A stretch of DNA of 64,000 bases from a virus (Duplodnaviria; Caudoviricetes): IMG/VR virus record IMGVR_UViG_3300027374_000002, positions 20,097 through 84,096 of that record, one strand, 5' to 3'. This document shows, one piece after another, positions 9,461-18,220 of this stretch; positions within the stretch are counted from its first letter, which is position 1, and each line of letters opens with the position of its first letter. The translations under genes and the position numbers were made by a program. The notes under the pieces were generated by a model. The model was not told the DNA's origin, searched no databases, and worked only from the letters and a program-made list of their open reading frames with translations.

Positions 9461-10666
9461 ATGACTATTTTGGAACTGCGTGAAAAACGCGCAAAAGCAT
9501 GGGAATCCGCAAAGGCATTCCTTGACTCGCACAGAACCGGTGATGGCACGCTCTCGGCAGAGGACGATGCAATCTACACGCGCATGGAAAACGACATCAG
9601 CGCACTGGGCAAAGAAATCGCCCGTATGGAAAGAGCAGAGGCTCTTGAAAACGAACTCAACAAACCCGTAAACGCGCCTCTTACGGCGAAACCCGAAGCG
9701 CCCAAGGCGGACATGAAAACCGGCAGGGCAACGGATGCGTACAAGAGAGCATTCTGGGACCACGCAAGAAGGCGCGACAGCATCGAAGTAAGAAATGCAC
9801 TGAGCATCGGCTCGGATACCGAGGGTGGCTTCCTTGTTCCGGACGAATTTGAGAACACTCTCATTACGGCATTGAACGATGAAAATATCATCCGTAAGTT
9901 CGCGCACATCTTTACCACTTCGAGCGGCGCACACAAAATCCCCGTGGTATCGCAGCGCGGCACCGCATCTTGGATTGACGAAGCCGGCTCGATTACCGAG
10001 AGCGATGATGTCTTCGGACAGCAGCTCATCGGCGCACACAAGGTCGGAACCCTCATCAAAGTTTCCGAAGAACTTCTTTCGGACTCGGCGTTCAACCTCG
10101 AATCCTATTTCACGAGCGAATTCGCGCGTAGAATCGGTAACGCGGAAGAAGAGGCGTTTCTCACAGGCAATGGCACTGGTAAGCCTACCGGCATTTTCAA
10201 CGCCACAGGAGGCGCAGAAATCGGCGTAACGGCGGCTGCGGCGAACACCATCACGGCGGACGAACTCATCGACCTGTTCTATTCGCTTAAGGCACCCTAT
10301 CGCAAAAACGCAATCTGGATTCTTAACGATTCCACGGTTAAAATCATCCGCAAGCTCAAGGACTCCAACGGTCAGTACCTGTGGCAGCCCGCATTGCGTG
10401 ACGGTGAGTTCGATACCATTCTCGGTAAGCGCATCTTCACTACGCCTTTCGCGCCGGAAGCGGCGGCGGGTGCAAAGACGATTGCGTTCGGTGATTTTTC
10501 GTATTACTGGATAGGAGACCGTCAGGGCGTATCGTTTAAGCGTTTGAACGAGCGTTATGCGGAAACCGGTCAGGTAGGTTTCCTCGCAACCAAGCGCGTG
10601 GACGGCAAACTCATCCTTCCCGAAGCAATCAAGGTGCTTCAGCACAAGGCTGCGGCGAAGGCGTAA
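9461..10666 (+). CDS. Major capsid protein, HK97 fold
   Basis: N-terminal coiled-coil delta domain, EGGFLVPDEF, IAFGDFSYY. Confidence 0.95.
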   Translation: MTILELREKRAKAWESAKAFLDSHRTGDGTLSAEDDAIYTRMENDISALGKEIARMERAEALENELNKPVNAPLTAKPEAPKADMKTGRATDAYKRAFWDHARRRDSIEVRNALSIGSDTEGGFLVPDEFENTLITALNDENIIRKFAHIFTTSSGAHKIPVVSQRGTASWIDEAGSITESDDVFGQQLIGAHKVGTLIKVSEELLSDSAFNLESYFTSEFARRIGNAEEEAFLTGNGTGKPTGIFNATGGAEIGVTAAAANTITADELIDLFYSLKAPYRKNAIWILNDSTVKIIRKLKDSNGQYLWQPALRDGEFDTILGKRIFTTPFAPEAAAGAKTIAFGDFSYYWIGDRQGVSFKRLNERYAETGQVGFLATKRVDGKLILPEAIKVLQHKAAAKA

Positions 10667-10688
10667 TTTAAAAAGGAGCGCGGCAGTG

Positions 10689-11000
10689 ATGAATAACCTG
10701 TTAGAGAAAGTTAAAGGGAACTTAATCCTTGCGCATGACGAAGACGATAAGCTCTTGGAAGGCTACATTGCTGCCGCCGTTTCCTACGCTGAAAAATACC
10801 AGCATATTCAAGACGGGTACTATCGGGAAAACGTAATGTCTGCTTCAACCGAGCAGGCGGTAATAATGCTTGCCAGCCATTTCTACGAAAGTAGGGATGG
10901 CTCGACAGGCGGTTTCTTCGGGGACAATGTTCAGGCGGGGCAGCAAGTATGGAACACAGTCAATCTGCTTTTAAGGTTGGACCGAGAGTGGAAGGTTTGA
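10689..11000 (+). CDS. Head-tail connector (gp6-like)
   Basis: Position after capsid; HDEDDKLLEGYIAAAVSYAE, AVIMLASHFYESR. Confidence 0.85.
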   Translation: MNNLLEKVKGNLILAHDEDDKLLEGYIAAAVSYAEKYQHIQDGYYRENVMSASTEQAVIMLASHFYESRDGSTGGFFGDNVQAGQQVWNTVNLLLRLDREWKV

Positions 11001-11001
11001 A

Positions 11002-11349
11002 ATGAGCTACGGAAAAATGAATAAGTTTGCGGAAATAGTCCGCACGCACAAGTTTAAAGATAAAGAAGGGTTTGTAAAACAGGGAGAGCATATTCTCGCA
11101 TCAGTCCGGGTTTATCAGGAAGGAAAGCACGGCTCAGAACGTTGGGCGAACCTTGCATCTTTTTCCGTTGCAACTGACCTTTTCCGGTTCAGGCGCATTC
11201 CTCGCGTAAAGATTACCACGCACGATTTTATCGTATGTGAAGGAAAGCGGTACGAGATAGTGTCCGTTGAAGATGTGAAAGGCAAGGGCATGTACACCGA
11301 GATACTTGCAAAGGTGAGCGAGGGAGATGAATGGCTAAGACAACGATAA
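11002..11349 (+). CDS. Head-tail adaptor / head closure protein
   Basis: Synteny; FRFRRIP...YEIVSVEDVKG pattern. Confidence 0.8.
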   Translation: MSYGKMNKFAEIVRTHKFKDKEGFVKQGEHILASVRVYQEGKHGSERWANLASFSVATDLFRFRRIPRVKITTHDFIVCEGKRYEIVSVEDVKGKGMYTEILAKVSEGDEWLRQR

Positions 11350-11762
11350 AAATGCCAGACGATTTCCTGATGAAACTTTCGAAGCTCGGAAGCCGGACAG
11401 ATGAGATTGCGGAAAAAGCATTGAAGGCTGGTGGCGAGATAATTCTTTCTAAAACGAAGAGTAATTTACAGGCAGTCGTTGGCAAAGATACAAAGGTTAA
11501 AAGCAGGTCCACAGGTGAGCTTGCTTCCGCGTTAGGACTTACCGGCGTGCGACAGGATCGTAACGGAAACAGCAACATAAAGCTGGGTTTTTCGGAACCG
11601 CGTAAAGGCGGCGAGAGCAACGCTAAAATCGCCAACATCCTCGAATACGGACGGGTGGGGCAACCGCCCAAGCCTTTCCTTAAACCCGCCACAAACGCCT
11701 GTAAAGGTGCTGTGGTGCAAAAAATGACGGACACTTTGGACCAGGAGATTAAAAAGCTATGA
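11331..11762 (+). CDS. HK97 gp10-like tail component
   Basis: STGELASAL, LEYG...PKPFLKPA. Confidence 0.85.
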   Translation: MAKTTIKMPDDFLMKLSKLGSRTDEIAEKALKAGGEIILSKTKSNLQAVVGKDTKVKSRSTGELASALGLTGVRQDRNGNSNIKLGFSEPRKGGESNAKIANILEYGRVGQPPKPFLKPATNACKGAVVQKMTDTLDQEIKKL

Positions 11763-12100
11763 GTATACTCGAAGAATTGCACTCCGTGCTTGGGAAAGTT
11801 AAGGTACCTATCGAAACGGGGATATTTACCGGCAAAGCACCTGGTGAGTATTTGGTGGTAACACCTCTTTCGGATAACTTCGCACTTCACGCAGATAATG
11901 CGCCGGGGACCGAGGTTTCCGAAGCGCGTATTTCCATTTTTACCGTATCGAACTATACCCGGTTAAAACGCCGTATTACAAGTGCGCTTTTGAAAGCGGA
12001 CTTCACTGTTACGGACCGAAGGTATCTCGGTTTTGATACCGAAACGAACTATCATGGTTATTCCATTGATGTTCAAAAAAACTACGAATTGGAGGATTAA
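11759..12100 (+). CDS. Putative tail terminator/completion protein
   Basis: Synteny directly before the major tail gene; 113 aa. Confidence 0.7.
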   Translation: MSILEELHSVLGKVKVPIETGIFTGKAPGEYLVVTPLSDNFALHADNAPGTEVSEARISIFTVSNYTRLKRRITSALLKADFTVTDRRYLGFDTETNYHGYSIDVQKNYELED

Positions 12101-12105
12101 AAATT

Positions 12106-12954
12106 ATGGCAACAATTGGACTTGACAAACTCTTTTATGCCGATATTACCGAAGATGAAAACGGCAACGAAGCCTACGGAAAACCGAAGCAACTCGCAAA
12201 GGCAATCTCGGCAGATTTGTCGGTTGAACTTAATGAAGCAACGCTGTACGCGGATGACGGTCAAGCGGAGGCGGTCAAGGAATTTAAAGGTGGAACGCTC
12301 TCGCTTGGCGTTGACGATATAGGTCACGTAGTAGCGGCAGACCTTGTCGGTGCAAAGCTCGATAAAAACGGTGTGCTTGTTTCGGGTTCGGAAGATACTT
12401 CGAAGTATGTGGCTATCGGTTTCAGAGCGAAGAAAGCGAACGGTAAGTACAAGTATTACTGGTTGTACAGAGTTCTGTTCGGTGTTCCCGCCACGAACCT
12501 GGCAACCAAGGGCGATTCAATTTCGTTCCAGACACCGACCATCGAAGGCAGCATTTTCCGCAGGAATAAACTTGACGGAAATAAAAACCATCCCTGGAAA
12601 GCGGAGGTTACGGAAACGAGCGAGAATGCTGTGGTTATTAACAAATGGTATGACGAGGTGTATGAACCGAGTTATGAAACATCCACGACAGACAGCGAAG
12701 CAAGCAGCGAAGAAGCCGCACATTACGAAGCCAAAGCCAATGAGAATGGCGGTACGGAAACGACAACTGAAATGGATAACTTAGGTAGCGGCGGTTATAT
12801 CGATGAGCCTGAACGGGTATCGGTAGAGATAGATGATACGGATGTTCCTCTGGGTCTCGGCGGAATACCCGAACCGGAAAGAAACGATGAGGAAGAGACA
12901 GACAATACATCTACTACAACCACGCGCAGTCATAGTGGCGGAGGAGGCAACTGA
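12106..12954 (+). CDS. Major tail protein (phi13-like) with acidic C-terminal extension
   Basis: MATIGLDKLFYA, LYADDG, VAIGFRAKK, WYDEVYEP; then about 94 low-complexity residues. Confidence 0.9.
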   Translation: MATIGLDKLFYADITEDENGNEAYGKPKQLAKAISADLSVELNEATLYADDGQAEAVKEFKGGTLSLGVDDIGHVVAADLVGAKLDKNGVLVSGSEDTSKYVAIGFRAKKANGKYKYYWLYRVLFGVPATNLATKGDSISFQTPTIEGSIFRRNKLDGNKNHPWKAEVTETSENAVVINKWYDEVYEPSYETSTTDSEASSEEAAHYEAKANENGGTETTTEMDNLGSGGYIDEPERVSVEIDDTDVPLGLGGIPEPERNDEEETDNTSTTTTRSHSGGGGN

Positions 12955-13331
12955 TGGATGAGAGAGCAGTAAGTATTAACATAGGAGGCAAGGATTATGA
13001 ACTCATCCTTACAACCAGAGCAACAAAGGCAATCGCAAGTCGTTACGGCGGTTTAGAGAACCTTGGCGAAAAGCTGATGAAGAGCGAGAACTTCGAGCAG
13101 GCACTTGACGAAGTTGTATGGCTTATAGTTACGCTTGCAAACCAGTCGGTTCAGATTTTCAACCTTCGCAATAAGGGAAGCGAAAAGCCGCTTCTTACAG
13201 CGGAGGAGGTAGAACTTTTAACTATTCCCACAGATTTGGCAACCTACAAGGATGCAATTACGGAATGTTTATTTAAAGGAACAAAGCGCAACGTGGAGAG
13301 TGAAGAATCAAAAAACGCAGTGGGCGGGTAA
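12954..13331 (+). CDS. Tail assembly chaperone (gpG analogue)
   Basis: Between MTP and TMP; ends at a slippery heptamer. Confidence 0.85.
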   Translation: MDERAVSINIGGKDYELILTTRATKAIASRYGGLENLGEKLMKSENFEQALDEVVWLIVTLANQSVQIFNLRNKGSEKPLLTAEEVELLTIPTDLATYKDAITECLFKGTKRNVESEESKNAVGG

Positions 13332-13519
13332 ACGATGACGAGTTGTTTACCCGTCTGCTTTATTACGGGTTAGCGCATTTGCACTTAACGCAAGACGAAA
13401 TTTGGCTGATGCCTTTCGGCTTACTGCTGGATTTGTGGGAATGTCATAAACAGTTCCACGGGATAAGTAAAGCGAAGGTGGAGGTCTTCATCGACGATAT
13501 TATCCCAGATGGTATATGA
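13310..13519 (+). CDS. -1 frameshift extension of the tail chaperone (gpGT analogue)
   Basis: A AAA AAC at 13310-13316; -1 frame open for 69 codons (RSGRVNDDELFTRLLYYG...IIPDGI) to TGA at 13517-13519. Confidence 0.8.
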   Translation, partial: KKRSGRVNDDELFTRLLYYGLAHLHLTQDEIWLMPFGLLLDLWECHKQFHGISKAKVEVFIDDIIPDGI

Positions 13520-13571
13520 CATAAATAGACAAAAACGATACATAAATAGCTTTTGATTTTCGCATAAGTAA

Positions 13572-13607
13572 TTGACTTTGCCCTTAAAATATGCTATTAT
13601 TTAAGGG
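13572..13607 (+). promoter_or_regulatory. Sigma-A promoter of the Fic moron with overlapping inverted repeat
   Basis: TTGACT-17 bp-TATTAT with TG extension; CCCTTAAA/TTTAAGGG inverted repeat around the -10. Confidence 0.75.
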
Positions 13608-13621
13608 TAAAGGAGTATCGT

Positions 13622-14671
13622 ATGAAAGAGTTTTGCTATGCAGGATTAAAAAACAAGCAGTGGGATTCTGAAATTTTGGGGTATATTGCTCAGATTTATC
13701 AGGAAAAAGGGAAGCAAGAACTTTATTTAAAACAGAAACCTGCGGATCTTGATGTACTTGTCGAAATTGCAAAGGTGCAGAGTACTGAAGCATCAAATGA
13801 AATTGAAGGCATAAGAACAACAAATACGAGATTAAAACAGCTTGTTCAGGATAAAACCACGCCGAGAAACCGCGATGAAAAGGAAATAGCAGGTTATAGG
13901 GATGCACTAAATATTATTCATGAGAATTTTGAGTCGATACCGATAACGCCGAATTTTATTTTACAATTGCATAAAATTCTTTTAAGCCACGCTGAAACCG
14001 GAATGGACGGAAAATATAAGAATGTTCAAAATTATATAAGCGCAACAGACAGCAATGGAAGGACGTACACATTGTTTACGCCACTTTCACCGTTTGAAAC
14101 ACCGATAGCAATGCAAACGCTGTGTGAAGAATTTAATAGGACATTGGGAAGTGGAGACGTTGACCCGCTCATACTCATACCTATTTTTATTCATGATTTT
14201 TTGTGTATTCACCCGTTTCTTGACGGTAATGGAAGGATGTCTCGACTTTTAACAACATTACTTTTGTATCGTTCAGGGTTTTATGTCGGGAAATACATTT
14301 CCTTGGAAGCAAAAATTGCGAAGCACAAGGATTTATATTATGACGCACTCCAAGCAAGCCAGGATGGTTGGCATGATAATTGCGATAATCCGTTGCCGTT
14401 TGTAAAATACTTGCTGGGTATAATAGTTTCAGCTTATCGAGATTTTGAACAGCGAATGGAAATTGTAAGTGAAAAAATTCCTGCGAAAGAAATGGTACGT
14501 AAAGCAATACAATGCAAGATAGGCAAATTTACTAAACAGGAAATAAAAGAATTGTGTCCAACATTAAGTGTAAGCTCTATTGAAGCTGCGTTCCGTGAGC
14601 TTATAAGTGAAGGCGATATTGAACGTAAAGGTATAGGGCGTTCAGTGTATTACATCAGATTAAAATATTGA
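13622..14671 (+). CDS. Fic family protein with C-terminal winged HTH (moron)
   Basis: HPFLDGNGRMSR catalytic motif, SNEIEG inhibitory motif, AT-rich, own promoter. Confidence 0.93.
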   Translation: MKEFCYAGLKNKQWDSEILGYIAQIYQEKGKQELYLKQKPADLDVLVEIAKVQSTEASNEIEGIRTTNTRLKQLVQDKTTPRNRDEKEIAGYRDALNIIHENFESIPITPNFILQLHKILLSHAETGMDGKYKNVQNYISATDSNGRTYTLFTPLSPFETPIAMQTLCEEFNRTLGSGDVDPLILIPIFIHDFLCIHPFLDGNGRMSRLLTTLLLYRSGFYVGKYISLEAKIAKHKDLYYDALQASQDGWHDNCDNPLPFVKYLLGIIVSAYRDFEQRMEIVSEKIPAKEMVRKAIQCKIGKFTKQEIKELCPTLSVSSIEAAFRELISEGDIERKGIGRSVYYIRLKY

Positions 14672-14698
14672 TTTTGTAATTTATTAAAAATATTAGAA

Positions 14699-14730
14699 GA
14701 GCATCTATCCCCAAGGGTAGGTGCTTTTCT
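14699..14730 (+). terminator. Hairpin after the Fic gene
   Basis: AGCATCTATCC-CCAA-GGGTAGGTGCT followed by TTTCTT. Confidence 0.6.
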
Positions 14731-14759
14731 TATGCAAAAAAAACAAGGAGGCAAGCAAA

Positions 14760-17495
14760 ATGGCAGATAATTTCGGATTGAAGATAGGGCTTGAAGGCGA
14801 GAAAGAATTCAAGAAAGCGCTGTCGGAAATCAATCAGTCATTTAAGGTGCTTGGCTCCGAAATGAAGCTGGTTGATTCGCAGTTCGATAAAAATGACCAG
14901 TCGGTTGCTGCGCTTACGGCTCGGAACGAAGTTCTGGAAAAGTCTATCGAAGCGCAAAAATCAAAAATTGAAACATTGCGCTCCGCGCTTTCAAGCGCGG
15001 CATCGTCCTTTGGTGAAACGGACAAACGAACTCAGGCTTGGCAAGTTCAGTTAAACAATGCACAAGCCGAACTTAACGGAATGGAAAAAGAGCTTAAACA
15101 AAACCAAACAGCTCTTAAGTCCACCAGTTCGGGAATGGATGATGCGAAGAAGTCAGCCGATAAAATGGGTGATGAAATTGAGGATGCAGGCAAACAAGCC
15201 GAAAAATCCTCGCCCAAGATGGAAGCTCTCGGCAGTGTATGCAAAGGTGTAGCTGGGGCTATCACTGCTGCGTTCGCTGCCGTTTCTGCTGCCGCCATCG
15301 CCGCGGGTAAAGCATTGGTGGATATGACGAAGGAAGGCGCGGCGTATGCAGATAACGTTCTCACCGAATCAACCGTAACCGGCATTGCAACAGACAAACT
15401 TCAAGAGTACATGTATGCCGCCGAACTCGTAGATGTTTCGGTTGAAACGTTGACGAAGTCGATGGCAAAAAACATCAAATCAATGAAGTCGGCGGCAGAC
15501 GGTTCGAAAGCATATGAAGAAGCGTATGCGCAGCTTGGTGTTGCTGTTGTCGATGCGAACGGAGAGTTGCGCGATAGCGATACTGTGTATTGGGAATTAA
15601 TCGATGCGCTTGGGAAAATCGAGAATGAAACCGAGCGAGATGCGATTGCAATGCAGGTGCTTGGCAAGTCCGCGCAAGAACTCAATCCGTTAATTGTCGC
15701 AGGTGCGGACCGAATGTCGGAGCTGGGGGAAGAAGCGCGAAAGGCAGGATATGTCCTGTCGGACGATACTCTTGCGGCTTACGGCGCATACGATGACCAA
15801 CTTCAAAAACTGACCACGGGTGCGACTGCTGCGAAAAACTCTCTCGGTACTGTTTTGTTACCGATACTTACCGAGCTTTCTGGCGCAGGGGTTGACCTTC
15901 TGGGAGACTTCGCACGCGGCATTCAGGAATGCGGCGGTGATATCAGCAAGATGGCAAGTGTTATAAGCGAGATATTGCCGAAAGCACTAAATACCGTGAT
16001 GAAGTATGTACCGCAAATTCTGGACTTGATTGTTTCGGTGGTTGGCTCAATCGGTAAAGCGATAGTAGACAACCTTCCTATGATAGTCACCGCCGTTTCT
16101 CAGATAATCTTTACGATATTAAACGGCTTAATTTCCGCGCTTCCGCAGATAGCGGACGGGGCGCTGCAGTTGGTATTGGCTTTGGTGGACGGTATAATCG
16201 ACCAGTTGCCGATGCTGATTGATGTTGCGTTGAAAGTAATTGAAACGCTTGTCGCAGGGTTAGCACAGGCACTTCCGAAGCTGATACCCGCAATCGTTCA
16301 GGTAGTTGTGCAAGTAGCGAAAACGCTTATAAACAATCTGCCTACAATCTTGAAAGCGGTGCTTGAACTCATAAAAGGCGTTGCAAAAGGAATACTTGAC
16401 GCAATTCCTGTAATCATTAAAGCGCTGCCGGAAATTATAAAAGCAATAGTTTCTTTTATTCTCGGTGCAATACCGGAAATCATCGATGCAGGCATACAGC
16501 TTTTGACCTCACTTGTGGCTGCATTGCCAGAAATTATCCAGGCAATAGTTGAAGTCTTCCCTGAGATTATAAATGCAATAATTGAAGCGGTATTGGATGC
16601 GATTCCGCTGATAATTGATGCTGGCATAAAATTGCTTACCGCGCTTATTACAGCGCTGCCTGACATTATCGTTACAATAGTAGAGGCAATTCCGAAGATT
16701 ATATCGAGTATAATCGATGCGGTTATTGGTGCGATTCCGTTGCTGATTGAAGCAGGCATTCAACTTTTGATTTCGTTGGTAGCAGCGTTGCCGCAAATTA
16801 TAACAGCAATAGTAGAAGCTATTCCGAAAATTATCAACGGAATTATTGAAGCAATTCTCGGCTCAATTCCACAACTCATCCAAGCGGGTATTCAACTGTT
16901 TATGTCATTGATTGCGAACCTTCCTACAATCATCGTAGAACTTGTGAAGGCGGTTCCGCAAATCATAAAAGCGCTGGTCGATGGTTTCTCGCAAGGTATA
17001 AGCTCATTCGTTGAAATTGGCGCTAATTTGGTGCGCGGTCTTTGGGAAGGAATCAAGAGCCTTGCTGGTTGGATTTGGGATAAAGTTAGCAGTTGGGCGA
17101 AAGACCTCTGGAGCGGCATAAAGAATTTCTTCGGGATTCACTCACCGTCTAAAAAGATGGCATGGATTGGTGACATGATGATGGAGGGTTTGGCTGGCGG
17201 TATTGACGAGTCTGCGGGTGAAGTTATGGATTCGGCAATGGATATGACGCGGGATTTGAATTCCGTATTCAATGAACTTTCAGCCGACTTAGGCTCAGAA
17301 CCGTTGCAGTTCGATGTTAGCAAAACTGTAAACGGCGTTCGGGATACGGCAGCAGGGGCTTCGGGTAGCATCACTATTCAGCTTAACATCGATAAATTCA
17401 ACAACTATTCAAGCGAAGATATATCCGACCTAACCAATGAAATTATGGAAACGGCGGGTAATTTTATGAAGAGAAAAGGAGTAGTGTTCGCGTGA
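14760..17495 (+). CDS. Tape measure protein
   Basis: ATG at 14760 after GGAGG; MADNFGLKIGLEGEKEF start; long amphipathic repeats. Confidence 0.92.
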   Translation: MADNFGLKIGLEGEKEFKKALSEINQSFKVLGSEMKLVDSQFDKNDQSVAALTARNEVLEKSIEAQKSKIETLRSALSSAASSFGETDKRTQAWQVQLNNAQAELNGMEKELKQNQTALKSTSSGMDDAKKSADKMGDEIEDAGKQAEKSSPKMEALGSVCKGVAGAITAAFAAVSAAAIAAGKALVDMTKEGAAYADNVLTESTVTGIATDKLQEYMYAAELVDVSVETLTKSMAKNIKSMKSAADGSKAYEEAYAQLGVAVVDANGELRDSDTVYWELIDALGKIENETERDAIAMQVLGKSAQELNPLIVAGADRMSELGEEARKAGYVLSDDTLAAYGAYDDQLQKLTTGATAAKNSLGTVLLPILTELSGAGVDLLGDFARGIQECGGDISKMASVISEILPKALNTVMKYVPQILDLIVSVVGSIGKAIVDNLPMIVTAVSQIIFTILNGLISALPQIADGALQLVLALVDGIIDQLPMLIDVALKVIETLVAGLAQALPKLIPAIVQVVVQVAKTLINNLPTILKAVLELIKGVAKGILDAIPVIIKALPEIIKAIVSFILGAIPEIIDAGIQLLTSLVAALPEIIQAIVEVFPEIINAIIEAVLDAIPLIIDAGIKLLTALITALPDIIVTIVEAIPKIISSIIDAVIGAIPLLIEAGIQLLISLVAALPQIITAIVEAIPKIINGIIEAILGSIPQLIQAGIQLFMSLIANLPTIIVELVKAVPQIIKALVDGFSQGISSFVEIGANLVRGLWEGIKSLAGWIWDKVSSWAKDLWSGIKNFFGIHSPSKKMAWIGDMMMEGLAGGIDESAGEVMDSAMDMTRDLNSVFNELSADLGSEPLQFDVSKTVNGVRDTAAGASGSITIQLNIDKFNNYSSEDISDLTNEIMETAGNFMKRKGVVFA
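16473..17000 (+). repeat. Four 132-bp (44-aa) repeats within the TMP
   Basis: PxxIxAGIxL units start at 16473, 16605, 16737 and 16869. Confidence 0.85.
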
Positions 17496-18220
17496 TACAA
17501 TTCACATACAATGGAATATCATCTGCGGATATGGGCGTCCGCATACAGTCAAAGAGCATATATTCGGCACCTAAGTTCGACATCAGCAGTGTTGCTATTC
17601 CTGGCAGGGACGGTGAGCTGTTGGTGCCGAGCGGTAGGTTTCCGAATGCGACAGTTTCTTATACCTGTTTTGTGCCGGCAAAAAGTATAGATGAGTTGGG
17701 CAAAAAGTTAACTGCAATTAAAGCGTGGCTTTATACGCAGCCTGACCGGTACCACATTTTGTCGGACAGCTACGACACACTGTTTTTTCGCAAAGCTGTT
17801 ATAAGCAACAAGCTGGACATTGGTGAACAGTGCAGAAAGATTGGTACTTTTACGATAACATTTTCCTGCTATCCGTTCAGGTATTCGTTGGAAGGACAGC
17901 GGAAAATTGATAGCACAAATTCCATTACAATGATAAATCCGTATCCGTTTAACGCAAAGCCGTACATAAAAGTGAACGGCAGGGGCGAAGGAAGGCTCAT
18001 AATTCAGTCGGAAGGTTCGAATAAAATTTGGATCTTCAAAACCTTAAACGGATATACAGAAGCGGACAGTGAGCAAATGAACTTTTATCACGATATGCAG
18101 TCTAAGAATGACACCGTGAGCGGGGATGGTTTTCCTATTCTGTACCCCGGTAGAAACGAGGTATCGTTTGAAGGCGCAATAACAAGTATCGAAATTATTC
18201 CAAGGTGGATGTGCTTATGA
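17492..18220 (+). CDS. Distal tail protein (Dit)
   Basis: After TMP; FTYNGISS, IPGRDGEL, GTFTITFSCYPFRY. Confidence 0.85.
   Translation: MIQFTYNGISSADMGVRIQSKSIYSAPKFDISSVAIPGRDGELLVPSGRFPNATVSYTCFVPAKSIDELGKKLTAIKAWLYTQPDRYHILSDSYDTLFFRKAVISNKLDIGEQCRKIGTFTITFSCYPFRYSLEGQRKIDSTNSITMINPYPFNAKPYIKVNGRGEGRLIIQSEGSNKIWIFKTLNGYTEADSEQMNFYHDMQSKNDTVSGDGFPILYPGRNEVSFEGAITSIEIIPRWMCL

Noticed and set aside
9440-10645. 401-aa minus-strand ORF
   Set aside because: Antisense shadow of the capsid gene; no RBS or motifs.
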